Shown: piece after piece, positions 17,828 through 27,394 of the stretch
Layout of the letters: each line of letters opens with the position of its first letter
Position numbering within the stretch: position 1 is the stretch's first letter
Source: Candidatus Omnitrophota bacterium
GTDB taxonomy: Bacteria; Omnitrophota; Omnitrophia; Omnitrophales; Aquincolibacteriaceae
Direction: 5' to 3'
NCBI GenBank assembly: GCA_016930235.1
Contig: JAFGHI010000025.1
Location: 16,437-80,436, forward strand
DNA: 64,000 nt
Translations under genes and position numbers: made by a program
The notes under the pieces: model-generated
Databases searched by the model: none
What the model was told of the DNA's origin: nothing
The model's input: the letters and a program-made list of their open reading frames with translations, nothing else

Positions 17828-18935
17828 CTAGCCTACCACTTCTTGATAAACCCCGAATATCTCTCCGGCCACCCGAGTCAGAGTAAACCGTTCGGTTACA
17901 AGTTTCCGCGCCTCGCCGATGAGCTTCCGGCGAATCCCGCCCTCATCTAAAATTACCCGCGCTAAAGCTTTTTCAAGGGCGTCTTCATCCTTCGGAGGGA
18001 CTAGGAGACCGGTTTTTTCGTTTTCGACAATTTTATCCAGTGCCGGGATGGCCGTCAAAACAACGGGCTTCCGGCAGGCCATTGCCTCGGCTATCGTCAG
18101 CCCGAAACCTTCGCGATAAGTGGGGGTAAATGCAAATAGATCGATCGCCGCATAAACCTCCGTCACGTCACTTAAATTCCCCAAAAAGACAACATGTTCT
18201 TCCAGTCGGAGATCCCTGACCAGGTTCTCTAATGCCTGCCGATAGGTTCCCTCTCCGGCAATAAGTAGTTTTAAATTTTGGAATTTTCTCCTTAAGTCCT
18301 TGACCGCGCGGATCAGGTAGGAGTGTCCTTTATCTTCGACAATTCGCGAGACGACACCGATAACCGTATCGGTGGGCTCAAAACCGTAGGAACGCTTAAG
18401 TTCACTGGCGTCCTTTTCCCCCATCCGTTCATCCAGCTCCTCGACATCAACACCGTTTTCGACTAAGCGAATTTTCGACTCCTCCACGTGAAAAGTCTCT
18501 CTTAACATCACACGCACCGGATCACTGATGGCAATGACCCGATTGCCCCATGCCGGATGTAAACGCCTGCCCAACCGCGGTTTGTAAAATCCGTGGCACG
18601 TTGTCACATAAGGAATGCCGGTCAACACATGGATCCACGATGCCAAAACCTCGGTCACACGCGTATGCGCATGAAGGAGATCGATCTTTTCCCCTTGGAT
18701 CATTCGAATTATTCCAGGCAGATTCCAATAAATCTTCGGATTCAATTCACTTTTGGTCCGGATCGGAAAGACCCAGGTCTTAAAACCTTCCTTTTCGAAT
18801 TCATTAAGGGCCGTGCCGCCGCTCGATAAAAATTGAGTTTCAACACCATATTTCCGGAGTCCTTGAGAAAGCTTGAAGACATAAACCGTAATCCCGCCCG
18901 TATTAAGGTGAGTCGTGAGGTGCAGGACTTTCATG
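17828..18935 (-). CDS. Glycosyltransferase family 4
   Basis: GT4 C-terminal motifs (EGFGLTIAEAMACRKPVV). The start was adjusted to the internal MKVLHL Met at 18935, giving an ATGA overlap with the fmt stop. Confidence 0.8.
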
Positions 18936-19872
18936 ATTGGCCGAGGCAATACCCGGCGGTTAACCGTTTACCGTTCGCATAATCGGCACCCGACATTTCT
19001 TTTCTGCCTTCGGGTCGTAAGCGATCAATAAGAAGATGTCCTTTTCCCGTTTGGACCCGGATAAAACCGTCCTTGGAAATCTCTTTGATTTCACCGGGTT
19101 TTCCTGCGCTTTCAGTTTTATTCCCGCAACGCGCCTTCAAAATAAGGATCTGCTTCTTTTGATCAAAGGTATACGCCCTCGGCCACGGAACAAGACCGCG
19201 AATTTGCCGATGAATTTCCTCTGCAGGCTTCGACCAATCGATATGCCCGTCTTCTTTTGTCAGCTTGCGCGCATACGATGATGTGATATCACTTTGCGGA
19301 ATCCGAAGCTCGGTCCCCTTGCCGATCTGTCTTAAGACAAAGGCCACCACCTGATAAGACAGCTCCGCCAACTTCCCGTTTAAAACTTCAGAATCCCAAT
19401 CAGGATCAAGCGGGATCCGTATTTGATGGAAAATATCCCCCGCATCCAGACGATGGGTCACTTCCGCCACGGATACTCCGGTTTCACTGTCGCCGTTTAA
19501 GATCGGCCAATTGATCGGAGCAGCACCTCGATACCGCGGCAAGATCGAGGGATGGACATTCAACGCATATTTTGCGGGTACCGTCAACCACGTTGAAGGG
19601 ATAAAGAGGCCGTAGGATGAAACCACAAAAAGGTCCGGCGTTAAAGCTTTGATCTTCTCCAACAAGGCTTCGTCTTTGAGAGTCTCCGGCATCTCGCAGG
19701 GAAGCTGTCTTTCTTCGGCAAAGAGACGAACCGGGGTCGGCTGCATCACAAGACCGCGGCCCTTTTTCTTGTCCGGCGTCGTAATGATAAGAACAACCTC
19801 GTGCCCGCTCTCCAAGCAGGCCTCCAATGCCTTCATTGAAAAATCCGAAGATCCAAAGAATATAATTTTCAT
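18931..19872 (-). CDS. fmt: Methionyl-tRNA formyltransferase
   Basis: 313 aa. MKIIFFGSSDFS...HPSLLPRYRGAAPI are the formyltransferase motifs, with the C-terminal Fmt domain. It lies upstream of def. Confidence 0.9.
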   Translation of the reverse strand: MKIIFFGSSDFSMKALEACLESGHEVVLIITTPDKKKGRGLVMQPTPVRLFAEERQLPCEMPETLKDEALLEKIKALTPDLFVVSSYGLFIPSTWLTVPAKYALNVHPSILPRYRGAAPINWPILNGDSETGVSVAEVTHRLDAGDIFHQIRIPLDPDWDSEVLNGKLAELSYQVVAFVLRQIGKGTELRIPQSDITSSYARKLTKEDGHIDWSKPAEEIHRQIRGLVPWPRAYTFDQKKQILILKARCGNKTESAGKPGEIKEISKDGFIRVQTGKGHLLIDRLRPEGRKEMSGADYANGKRLTAGYCLGQS

Positions 19873-19887
19873 GGTATTTCCTTTATG

Positions 19888-20008
19888 CCTCGAAGTATGA
19901 AAATTCCTACTTCCCGCCTCTTACTTCGTACTTCCTACCTCATACTTCCGGCTTCCTACTTCTTACCTCTTACTTCCGACTTCTTACTTCATACTTCCTA
20001 TTTCCTGC
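19888..20008. repeat. Family-2-related tandem array of tacttc(g/c)tacttcct(a/t)cct units filling the fmt-def intergenic space
   Basis: The 19888-20008 sequence is tacttcccgcctcttacttcgtacttcctacctcatacttccggcttcctacttcttacctcttacttccgacttcttacttcatacttcc. It is the reverse complement of the gaagtatgaag/gaagtacgaagta segments in family-2 arms. Confidence 0.55.
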
Positions 20009-20010
20009 CC

Positions 20011-20547
20011 TTAAAGTCTCCGTCCCTTTTCCTTCTGGATTTGTTCGTATTGGGCGAGCAACTCCTGGCGGGTCCCAAAATCCACGCGATCCACAAAAAG
20101 TTTGCCGTTCAGGTGGTCTGTCTCATGCTGAATGACGCGCGCGTAAAAATCCTTGGCCGTCATCTCGCATTTTGTTCCCTCCCGGTCATAATATCGAAGC
20201 CGAATGGATTTGGCCCGTGGGACCTTCGCCGATATATTGGGAAGACTCAAACAACCTTCGACGTCTGTCTCCTCACCCTGCATCTGATCAATCTCGGGGT
20301 TGATGACGATAATTTCTTCTCCCTGTTTCATCGTCGGGCATGCCACGAATATTTGTTTTGCAACTCCCACTTGAGTCGCCGCCAAACCGACACCATCCTC
20401 CACATACATGGTTTCGATAAGGTCCTCAATGAACTCCTGGGTTTCGGGACCAAAATCAGACACCCTTTTCGCGGTCTTCAGTAAAATCGGAGCCGGATAA
20501 ACATATATTTTTAATACAGCCATAGTTTCACGACCTCCTAAGCGCAT
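20011..20547 (-). CDS. def: Peptide deformylase
   Basis: GLAATQVGV, EGCLS and QHETDHLNG are the three Def motifs. Confidence 0.95.
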   Translation of the reverse strand: MRLGGRETMAVLKIYVYPAPILLKTAKRVSDFGPETQEFIEDLIETMYVEDGVGLAATQVGVAKQIFVACPTMKQGEEIIVINPEIDQMQGEETDVEGCLSLPNISAKVPRAKSIRLRYYDREGTKCEMTAKDFYARVIQHETDHLNGKLFVDRVDFGTRQELLAQYEQIQKEKGRRL

Positions 20548-20577
20548 TATAACGAAACGCCCGAAACCGGATCAACA

Positions 20578-22644
20578 TCATAAAATCGATAAGGGGTCCA
20601 CATCGATAGCGACTTGAACCGCTGCGGGCTTTCGCAAAGATGCAAGGCATTGACTCACTCTTCCCGCAAGTTTCATCCCTCGAGCGAATTTGATCATGAT
20701 ATGCCACCTAAAATGACCGCGTAATTTATAAAACGGCAAGGGTGAGGGGCCCACAATTTGTGCCCACTCCGATTGTCCCGGCGCGGGGTTATCCCCGCTC
20801 ATGATGCCTTGAAATTCCTTTCGCAACTGGTCCCGCAGCTCCCTTGAAAACAGATACACCTTTTTCTCCTCGCGGGAACGGACAATGATGTTCATCAGCT
20901 GGTAAGCCGGAGGATAATGGAAAAGATGCCTTTCGGGAAGTTCCTGCTTATAAAAATTTAAGTAATCGTGATTTTTTGAAAACTTAACGCTGGGATGATC
21001 AGGGGAAAACGTTTGAACATAAACGCGCCCCGGCTGACTTCCTCGGCCGGCCCGTCCGGCTACCTGCGTTAAAAGCTGAAAGGTCCTTTCGGCCGATCGA
21101 AAATCCGGAAGCATCAAACCAACATCGGCAAGGATGACTCCGACAAGGGTCACGTGGGGAAAATCAAAACCTTTCGCAATCATCTGGGTCCCGATCAGGA
21201 TATCCGAATTGCCTTCCCGAAATCCTTTCAATATTTTTTCATGAGACCCTTTCCGGCGGACACTGTCGGCATCCAAACGCGAAATACGCGCCGTGGGAAA
21301 TTGTTTTGCAACTTCGCTCTCCACTTTCTCGGTTCCAAATCCGGCAAATTTCAGCATCGGAGACTTACATTGGCCGCAAATGACCGGTACGGGCTTCTCG
21401 GCATTGCAGTAATGGCACAAAAGCGAGTTGTCCTCCTGGTGAAATGTCAGTGACACCTGGCAGGAATCGCATTGTTCGACATAACCGCACTTCGGACAGT
21501 GGATATGGGTCGAAAACCCTCTCCGGTTTAAAAGCAGCAGCGTGCCTTCCTTGGCTTTCAGATTTTTTTCAATTTCGGTGGCGAGCGGAAAGCTGAGTAT
21601 CCCTTTTTTTCTAAATGCCGGTCCGCTATTTTTTAAATCGACAATATGCACTTCCGGAAGAGGCCGGTCTTCGATCCGGCTGGTTAAATCCAAACGGACA
21701 ATTTCACCGGTCTCGGCCTTGTACATCGTCTCCAAGGAAGGCGTTGCAGATCCCAGGACCATCACTGCATTTTCATTTTGAGCGCGGAATTGGGCGACTT
21801 CTCTGGCATGATATCGTGGATTGGTCTCCTGCTTATAAGAGTTTTCATGCTCTTCATCGATAATAATCAAGCCTAAATTCGGGACCGGGGCAAAAATGGC
21901 CGAACGCGGCCCCAACACCACGCGCTTTCGTCCGCTTTCGAGACGCTTCCAAGCCAGAAACCTTTCGGTATCATTCAACTTACTGTGCAGGATTTCGAGT
22001 TCATCCCCGAAGTGATCGTGGAAAAACCTCTTAATCTGTTCGGTTAAAGCAATCTCCGGTACCAGACAGATGGCCGACTGATTCTGCTTCAAAATATCCC
22101 GGATGGCCCGAATGTAAACTTCGCTCTTCCCGCTGCCGGTGATCCCGTAGAGGAGAATGGGCTTCGGATTTTCCTCGAGGAATCCCGAACGAATGGCCTC
22201 AAGCGCCCTTTTCTGATCGTCCGTCAAATTGAAATCTTCCTTCTTTTCCCAATCAACGACTTCCGCGATGGATTCCTTCTGAAGGGCTCTCTCGGCCTTC
22301 TTGCCGTACTTCACCCAGCGCGGCAAGGCATTTTCGATCGCCTCACCCCAACTGGACCCATAATATTCAGAGATCCATTTAGTCAGCTCAAGAACTTTTC
22401 CGGACAGAACCGGCTCATCGTCAAGAATATCCTTGATGTCCTTACAAGAAATGTCATCGGCGGCTTCCTTGCGATCGACGAGATAACCAATCAATTCCCT
22501 GTTTCTGAAAGGAATCGAGACGCGAACCCCGCGCTTAATTTTGGGTTCTAGTTCAGCCGGAACCGCGTAAGTAAAAAGTCCTGTGACGGGAAGGGGTACC
22601 GCAATATCGATCAATAATTTCGTCACTTCGGTTGTTTGGGACAT
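20578..22644 (-). CDS. priA: Primosomal protein N' (replication restart helicase)
   Basis: 688 aa. Walker A GITGSGKSEVY, DEEH box, and a Cys-rich zinc region CPKCGY...CDSC...CHYC...CGQC. Confidence 0.9.
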   Translation of the reverse strand: MSQTTEVTKLLIDIAVPLPVTGLFTYAVPAELEPKIKRGVRVSIPFRNRELIGYLVDRKEAADDISCKDIKDILDDEPVLSGKVLELTKWISEYYGSSWGEAIENALPRWVKYGKKAERALQKESIAEVVDWEKKEDFNLTDDQKRALEAIRSGFLEENPKPILLYGITGSGKSEVYIRAIRDILKQNQSAICLVPEIALTEQIKRFFHDHFGDELEILHSKLNDTERFLAWKRLESGRKRVVLGPRSAIFAPVPNLGLIIIDEEHENSYKQETNPRYHAREVAQFRAQNENAVMVLGSATPSLETMYKAETGEIVRLDLTSRIEDRPLPEVHIVDLKNSGPAFRKKGILSFPLATEIEKNLKAKEGTLLLLNRRGFSTHIHCPKCGYVEQCDSCQVSLTFHQEDNSLLCHYCNAEKPVPVICGQCKSPMLKFAGFGTEKVESEVAKQFPTARISRLDADSVRRKGSHEKILKGFREGNSDILIGTQMIAKGFDFPHVTLVGVILADVGLMLPDFRSAERTFQLLTQVAGRAGRGSQPGRVYVQTFSPDHPSVKFSKNHDYLNFYKQELPERHLFHYPPAYQLMNIIVRSREEKKVYLFSRELRDQLRKEFQGIMSGDNPAPGQSEWAQIVGPSPLPFYKLRGHFRWHIMIKFARGMKLAGRVSQCLASLRKPAAVQVAIDVDPLSIL

Positions 22645-22659
22645 CCAATAGCACCTTAT

Positions 22660-22901
22660 ATTTTAGATTTCGGATTGCGGAATGCGGATTGCCCGCTTAG
22701 GCAAAAATCCGAAGTATGAAGTATGAAATGTGAAAAAAGATGAATCGTAAGTAAATGAGTCCATAGCGACTATTTTTTCGCTTTTCTCTCCTACCGCGCA
22801 CATCATATTTTTTACGTCATATTCCATGCGTCCTTCATACTTCATACCTCGTACCTCATATTTCTTTATTCAATCCAAAATCCGAATTCCAAAATCCAAA
22901 A
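22660..22901. mobile_element. Family-2 miniature inverted-repeat element, copy I, between priA and the UDG gene
   Basis: The left arm ttttagatttcggattgcggaatgcggattgcccgcttaggcaaaaatccgaagtatgaagtatg and the right arm catacttcatacctcgtacctcata...caatccaaaatccgaattccaaaatccaaaat are inverted copies. The right end abuts the UDG stop codon (22902). The 60-aa ORF inside it is probably spurious. Confidence 0.55.
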
Positions 22902-23645
22902 TTAGAGTTTCACATCGCCCAAGTTATCCATTTCCCCCTTGATCTTTTTCATATCCTCCCAGACCTTACGCTTCTCCCCGGGATTGCGCAAAAGATAAGC
23001 CGGATGGTACGTGCAAAGAACCGGAATCCCGCGGTAGTCGTGGAATCTTCCCCGCATTTGAGAAATGGACGAGCCCGTTTTGAGAAGGGCTTGTGCGGCA
23101 AATGTTCCTAAGGCACAGATGATTTTGGGTTGAATCAAATCAATGGTCCCGCTCAAAAAAGGTTCGCAATTTAAAATTTCTTCCGGCTTGGGGGTGCGGT
23201 TTCCGGGCGGACGGCAGCGCAGGCAATTCGCTATAAAAACATCCGAACGCTTGAGCCCGATCGATTCGATAATCTTCGTCAAAAGCTGTCCGGCTTTTCC
23301 CACAAAGGGCAGCCCTTGAATATCCTCATCACGGCCGGGCGCTTCCCCGACGAACATTAATTTAGCTTGAACATTGCCCGCCCCAAAAACGACTTTGTTG
23401 CGCGTCGACGCTAATTCTTCACAAGCGGTACATTTCAAGGCTTGTTCACGCAAATCGATCAGTTTTTCTCGAACACTTTTGGCTTCCGTTGAGGATTTTA
23501 CCCGAACCGGTCCGGCATCGGCTCGAACGGCTACAGGCTTCGATGCGGGGGCAAGGTAAACCTCCTCAATCCCATCCTCTTTCAGCATTTGCATAAAAAG
23601 CTTGGCTTCCGAGGTCTTAAGCGCTGTCTCCTGACTCGGGTTCAT
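22902..23645 (-). CDS. Uracil-DNA glycosylase, family 4, with an N-terminal extension
   Basis: GEAPGRDEDIQGLPFVGKAG (the family-4 GEAPG motif) and a C-terminal HPAYLLR-type segment. 4-nt overlap with the upstream GT28 gene. Confidence 0.8.
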   Translation of the reverse strand: MNPSQETALKTSEAKLFMQMLKEDGIEEVYLAPASKPVAVRADAGPVRVKSSTEAKSVREKLIDLREQALKCTACEELASTRNKVVFGAGNVQAKLMFVGEAPGRDEDIQGLPFVGKAGQLLTKIIESIGLKRSDVFIANCLRCRPPGNRTPKPEEILNCEPFLSGTIDLIQPKIICALGTFAAQALLKTGSSISQMRGRFHDYRGIPVLCTYHPAYLLRNPGEKRKVWEDMKKIKGEMDNLGDVKL

Positions 23646-24763
23646 TTCTCAACACCTCTTAATGCTTCTCGCACAAGATCATCGGACGCATTCGGTTTCG
23701 CCAATTCCCGGATAATCCTTTTTTTCTCTTCCAGCATTCCGGGATTCTTGAAAATCGTGCCCATAATCAATCGGACATCTTCCGGTTTTTTCATCATAAA
23801 AGCCGCATTTCTCGTTTTCAAAATCTTCGTGTTCCACATTTCCTGCCCGGGAATGGGGTCGATGACGATCATCGGAACACCTTTGGCCAGGCTTTCGGTT
23901 GTTGTTGCTCCGCCGGGTTTGGCAATCATCAAATCACTGGCTTCCATCAAATCGTGCATAAAGTCAACGAAACCGAAAATCTTGACCGGAAAACGATAAC
24001 TTTTCGTTTCCAGCTGCCTTTTCATTTCTTCGTTATATCCGCAAACAACAAAACATTGAACCCGGTCATGAAAATCATCCAGGGCCTTCAAAATACCCTC
24101 CTGCGGCCCCAATCCGAAACTGCCGCTTGTCACCAAAACCGTCAACCGATCGTCTTGAAATCCCCATTTTTTCAAAATCTCCGATTTCTTGCCTCTGGGC
24201 AGAAAAATCGGATCGACGGGAATTCCGCCCACGCGAATATTTTTCTCCTCGACACCCTTCTTCATGAGGGCTTCCTTGCCCTCCTCGCTCATGATCCAGT
24301 AAAGATCCGTTCCCCGGCTCAGCCAATAAGCATGGGGATAGAAATCGGTCACCACGGTAATTAATTTAGACCGGAGTTTCCCTTCGCGTTTTGCCCGCGC
24401 AAATAGCTCGGCCGGAAAAAAATGCGTCGAAATAATCGCGTGAGGCTTTTCCTTCATCACTTCTTCGAGAACCCCCCGCCCCATGACCCGGTTCGAAAAA
24501 CTGTTGATCGGTCCGAATAAACGATCCATCTTCGGTTGATCCAAGGTTTCATAGATCCATCCCCATAGCCCCGGGCAATATTTCACCATATAAAAATAAA
24601 CGGCCGGGTACGCCTTGCGAAAATAGGCCGGGGTATGATCCAGGATATCCTCAAGCTTAACATCCTGGGCCGATAAACCGCTCCTCAAAAAGGCCTTTTC
24701 GAGGACCTCCGCCACACGTTTATGCCCTTGTCCGGCATTGGCATGATAAAGACGAATCTTCAT
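23642..24763 (-). CDS. MGDG-synthase/MurG-like glycosyltransferase (GT28; processive diacylglycerol glycosyltransferase family)
   Basis: 373 aa. An N-terminal MGDG_synth-like region (KIRLYHANAGQGHKRVAEVL) plus a GT28 C-terminal domain (KPGGATTTESLAKGVPMI). Confidence 0.7.
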   Translation of the reverse strand: MKIRLYHANAGQGHKRVAEVLEKAFLRSGLSAQDVKLEDILDHTPAYFRKAYPAVYFYMVKYCPGLWGWIYETLDQPKMDRLFGPINSFSNRVMGRGVLEEVMKEKPHAIISTHFFPAELFARAKREGKLRSKLITVVTDFYPHAYWLSRGTDLYWIMSEEGKEALMKKGVEEKNIRVGGIPVDPIFLPRGKKSEILKKWGFQDDRLTVLVTSGSFGLGPQEGILKALDDFHDRVQCFVVCGYNEEMKRQLETKSYRFPVKIFGFVDFMHDLMEASDLMIAKPGGATTTESLAKGVPMIVIDPIPGQEMWNTKILKTRNAAFMMKKPEDVRLIMGTIFKNPGMLEEKKRIIRELAKPNASDDLVREALRGVEK

Positions 24764-24765
24764 CC

Positions 24766-25314
24766 CTAACGGATCCCTTTCTTTAAGATCTCGACGGCCG
24801 ATCTCAGATTATCACAAACAGCATCGGGTCTCGATTCCTCGGTTAAGCGGGTTTCGTCACGTCTTCCATACCCCGTTCGGACAAGTATCGTCTTAAGGCC
24901 AAAACGCTTCCCCGCTAAAATGTCCGAGACCTTATCCCCGATCATATAGGTTTTTTGAGGATCATACTGAATATCTTTGACGGCCTCTTCAAGGAGCCCG
25001 ACCTCCGGCTTGCGGCATTTACACTTCTCATCCTTCCCATGAATACAGTACATCGCATCACGAATCGACACACCATGTCTTTTGAGTTCGGCGAGCATTT
25101 TATGATGGATTTCCCAAAGAATATCTTCGGAAAAGAGTCCGTCCCCAACTCCCGCTTGATTCGATATCATTATGATTTCAAGCCCCATCCTGGAAATCAA
25201 CTGGAGAGCTTCGATAGCCCCTTCTTCAAATTGGAAGTCCTCCCACTTGGTCACATAGTCCATCAAATCAACATTGACGACACCATCACGGTCAATAAAA
25301 ATAATCTTTTTCAT
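24766..25314 (-). CDS. gmhB: HAD-IIIA phosphatase, D,D-heptose 1,7-bisphosphate phosphatase-like
   Basis: IFIDRDGVVN (HAD motif I), ISNQAGV, a Cys cluster HGKDEKCKCRKP, and GDKVSDILAG. The start was moved to the internal MKKIIF Met. Confidence 0.7.
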   Translation of the reverse strand: MKKIIFIDRDGVVNVDLMDYVTKWEDFQFEEGAIEALQLISRMGLEIIMISNQAGVGDGLFSEDILWEIHHKMLAELKRHGVSIRDAMYCIHGKDEKCKCRKPEVGLLEEAVKDIQYDPQKTYMIGDKVSDILAGKRFGLKTILVRTGYGRRDETRLTEESRPDAVCDNLRSAVEILKKGIR

Positions 25315-25337
25315 CTTGAAATTTCCCTTTTGCATGA

Positions 25338-26471
25338 TCACTTTCGCCGGTAAAATTCGCGCGCCGCTTGATAAACGCGGTCAATTTCGGACTCTTCCAT
25401 TTCCGGGAACATGGGCAAAGCAACCACTTCCCGGCACAAGCGATCGGTTATAGGCAATCGTTGTGATTTCCGGACAAATTGACGGTAAGCAGGATGCCGG
25501 TGGACCGGCACCTCATAATGTATCATGGTTTGCACCCCTTCTTCGGCAAGCTTTTGGCGGAAATCATCTCTTTTCCCGCTCGGCACACGAACAACGTACA
25601 AATGATAAACATGGCGTGCTTGTTCGGGACGATACGGCAGGATAAGAGGCGTCTCTTTGAGGTACTCATCGTAAACCCCCGCGATTTCCTGGCGCCGCTC
25701 CGTCAATTCATCAAGATGTTTGAGTTTGACCCTCAGAATGGCCGCCTGAACGGCATCCAGGCGCGTGGCCCATCCCGCAACAACGTATTTCCCAGCTTCA
25801 TTTCGACCTACATTCCGAAACTCGCGCACCTTATTTCGGGTCTTTTCCGAAAGCGTTGTCACCATCCCGCCGTCACCGAAGGCCCCTAAATTTTTGGTCG
25901 GATAAAAACTAAAACAGCCGGCATCGCCAAAGCTTCCGACTCTCCGGGCACTCCATTCGGCCCCGTGGGCCTGAGCGCAATCTTCGATCAATTTCAATTT
26001 CTTTGTCCGAACAATCTGCATCAAGGCGTCCATGTCCGCCGAAAGCCCGTATAAGTGAACCGGGAGAATCGCTTTCGTCTTTTTCGAAAGCAATCTTTCC
26101 ACCGAAACGGGATCCAAGTTGAACGTCTTCGGATCAACATCCGCAAAAACGGGTTTCGCTCCGACATGCGTAATTGCATAAACAGTAGAAACAAAGGTAT
26201 AAGAAGGAACCAGGATCTCGTCTTTGGGTTGAATACCGACAGCCTTAAGGGCCAGTATCAAGGCATCGGTTCCCGAGCCGATGCCGATCGCATCAGGCGT
26301 CGTGCAATAAGCCGCAAATTCTTCTTCAAACGCCCTGACGATATCGCTCAAGATATAATTTCCGGAATCGAGAACCTGCGCGATGGCCTGATCGATTTCC
26401 GTTTTGAAGCGAAGATATTGTCTTGTCGTATTAAAATAAGGGACCTTTGTCATTTCCCGATGAACAGCCAC
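25338..26471 (-). CDS. DegT/DnrJ/EryC1/StrS-family PLP-dependent sugar aminotransferase
   Basis: 377 aa. Family-typical layout; ATRLDAVQAAILRVKL is the dimer-interface helix. Confidence 0.85.
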   Translation of the reverse strand: MAVHREMTKVPYFNTTRQYLRFKTEIDQAIAQVLDSGNYILSDIVRAFEEEFAAYCTTPDAIGIGSGTDALILALKAVGIQPKDEILVPSYTFVSTVYAITHVGAKPVFADVDPKTFNLDPVSVERLLSKKTKAILPVHLYGLSADMDALMQIVRTKKLKLIEDCAQAHGAEWSARRVGSFGDAGCFSFYPTKNLGAFGDGGMVTTLSEKTRNKVREFRNVGRNEAGKYVVAGWATRLDAVQAAILRVKLKHLDELTERRQEIAGVYDEYLKETPLILPYRPEQARHVYHLYVVRVPSGKRDDFRQKLAEEGVQTMIHYEVPVHRHPAYRQFVRKSQRLPITDRLCREVVALPMFPEMEESEIDRVYQAAREFYRRK

Positions 26472-27238
26472 CTAGGCCACCTCTTTCTTTCGTTTCATTT
26501 CACGGTACTTTGCGTAGGAAAAAAGCTGATAGAGTCCATGAAAGACGGACATAAGAAACCCCATGAATCCGTGTTTCCATCCTTGCTTCAGGAAATAGTT
26601 CTTGAGGAAACGGTCTGCGGTCTTCCTCAAGATAGTCGCCATCCGGACTTTTCGTCCGTCCTGGATCCACTTGTCGGCCTCAAGCGTTGTCTCCCGGTTA
26701 AATTTGCATATCCATTGCTGCAAGGTTTCGCAGGAATAGTGAAGGATGTCGCCTTTCAGTTGACCGCAGGTTCCCTCATAAATTACCCGAGGATGCACAC
26801 GCGCTTCTTCATAACGGAACTGTCCCTTCCTGAAAAATCTGGCCTTCGCCGCCGGATAATACCCTGCGCCCTGAATCCACTCATCCCCAATAAAGGTTTT
26901 GATCGGAATCGCGTAGCAAACATGCGGGGAAGCATTCTCTCGAGCAATCTCAGAAATTTCAACCGCAAGTTCCGGCGTGACCCGTTCATCGGCATCAAGA
27001 CTCAAGACCCAATGCTGAGTCGCCTTGTCGTAACCGAAATTCCTGTGCCGGCCCTCGATGTCCATCGCCCGCTCGAACACCTTGGCTCCGCACTTTTTGG
27101 CAATTTCAACCGTGCGGTCGGTACTCTGGTCATCAATCACGATGATTTCCCGGGCCCATGCCGCACTCTTCAAACAATCCTCTAAACGTTTCTCTTCGTT
27201 CTTGGCAATCACCACAACAGAAACGGGTGCTTTACTCA
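26472..27238 (-). CDS. Glycosyltransferase family 2
   Basis: VSVVVIAKNEEKRLEDCL...IIVIDDQSTDRT...LSLDADE. The start was set to the internal MSKAPV Met (27238), because the 5' extension in the ORF track is encoded by the family-3 repeat arm. Confidence 0.8.
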
Positions 27239-27244
27239 TTTTGA

Positions 27245-27390
27245 CTCCTTCGTAACAGACCAAAGACCGAAGACTCAAGACAACAGACCGAATTCTAAAA
27301 AAATACCTTCATATTCAACTTTTTTAAACCCATTTAAATCTTTCTCACCAAAGTTTTTGGTCTTTAGTCTTTGGTCTCCAGTCTTCGGTC
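27245..27390. mobile_element. Family-3 miniature inverted-repeat element (gaccgaa/ttcggtc heptamer arms)
   Basis: Left arm cagaccaaagaccgaagactcaagacaacagaccgaa (27257-27293) and right arm tttggtctttagtctttggtctccagtcttcggtcttc (27350-27387) are inverted, with a spacer of about 57 bp. The element fills the gap between two genes. Confidence 0.55.
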
Positions 27391-27394
27391 TTCA

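Noticed and set aside
19885-20484. 199-aa plus-strand ORF
   Set aside because: It is antisense to peptide deformylase, and its 5' end is encoded by the repeat array. Spurious.
22663-22845. Small ORF inside repeat copy I
   Set aside because: It is encoded wholly by repeat sequence, with no support beyond an open frame.
26055-27185. 376-aa plus-strand ORF
   Set aside because: It is entirely antisense to the well-supported DegT aminotransferase and GT2 genes. It is Arg-rich with no domain signature. This is a typical shadow ORF.
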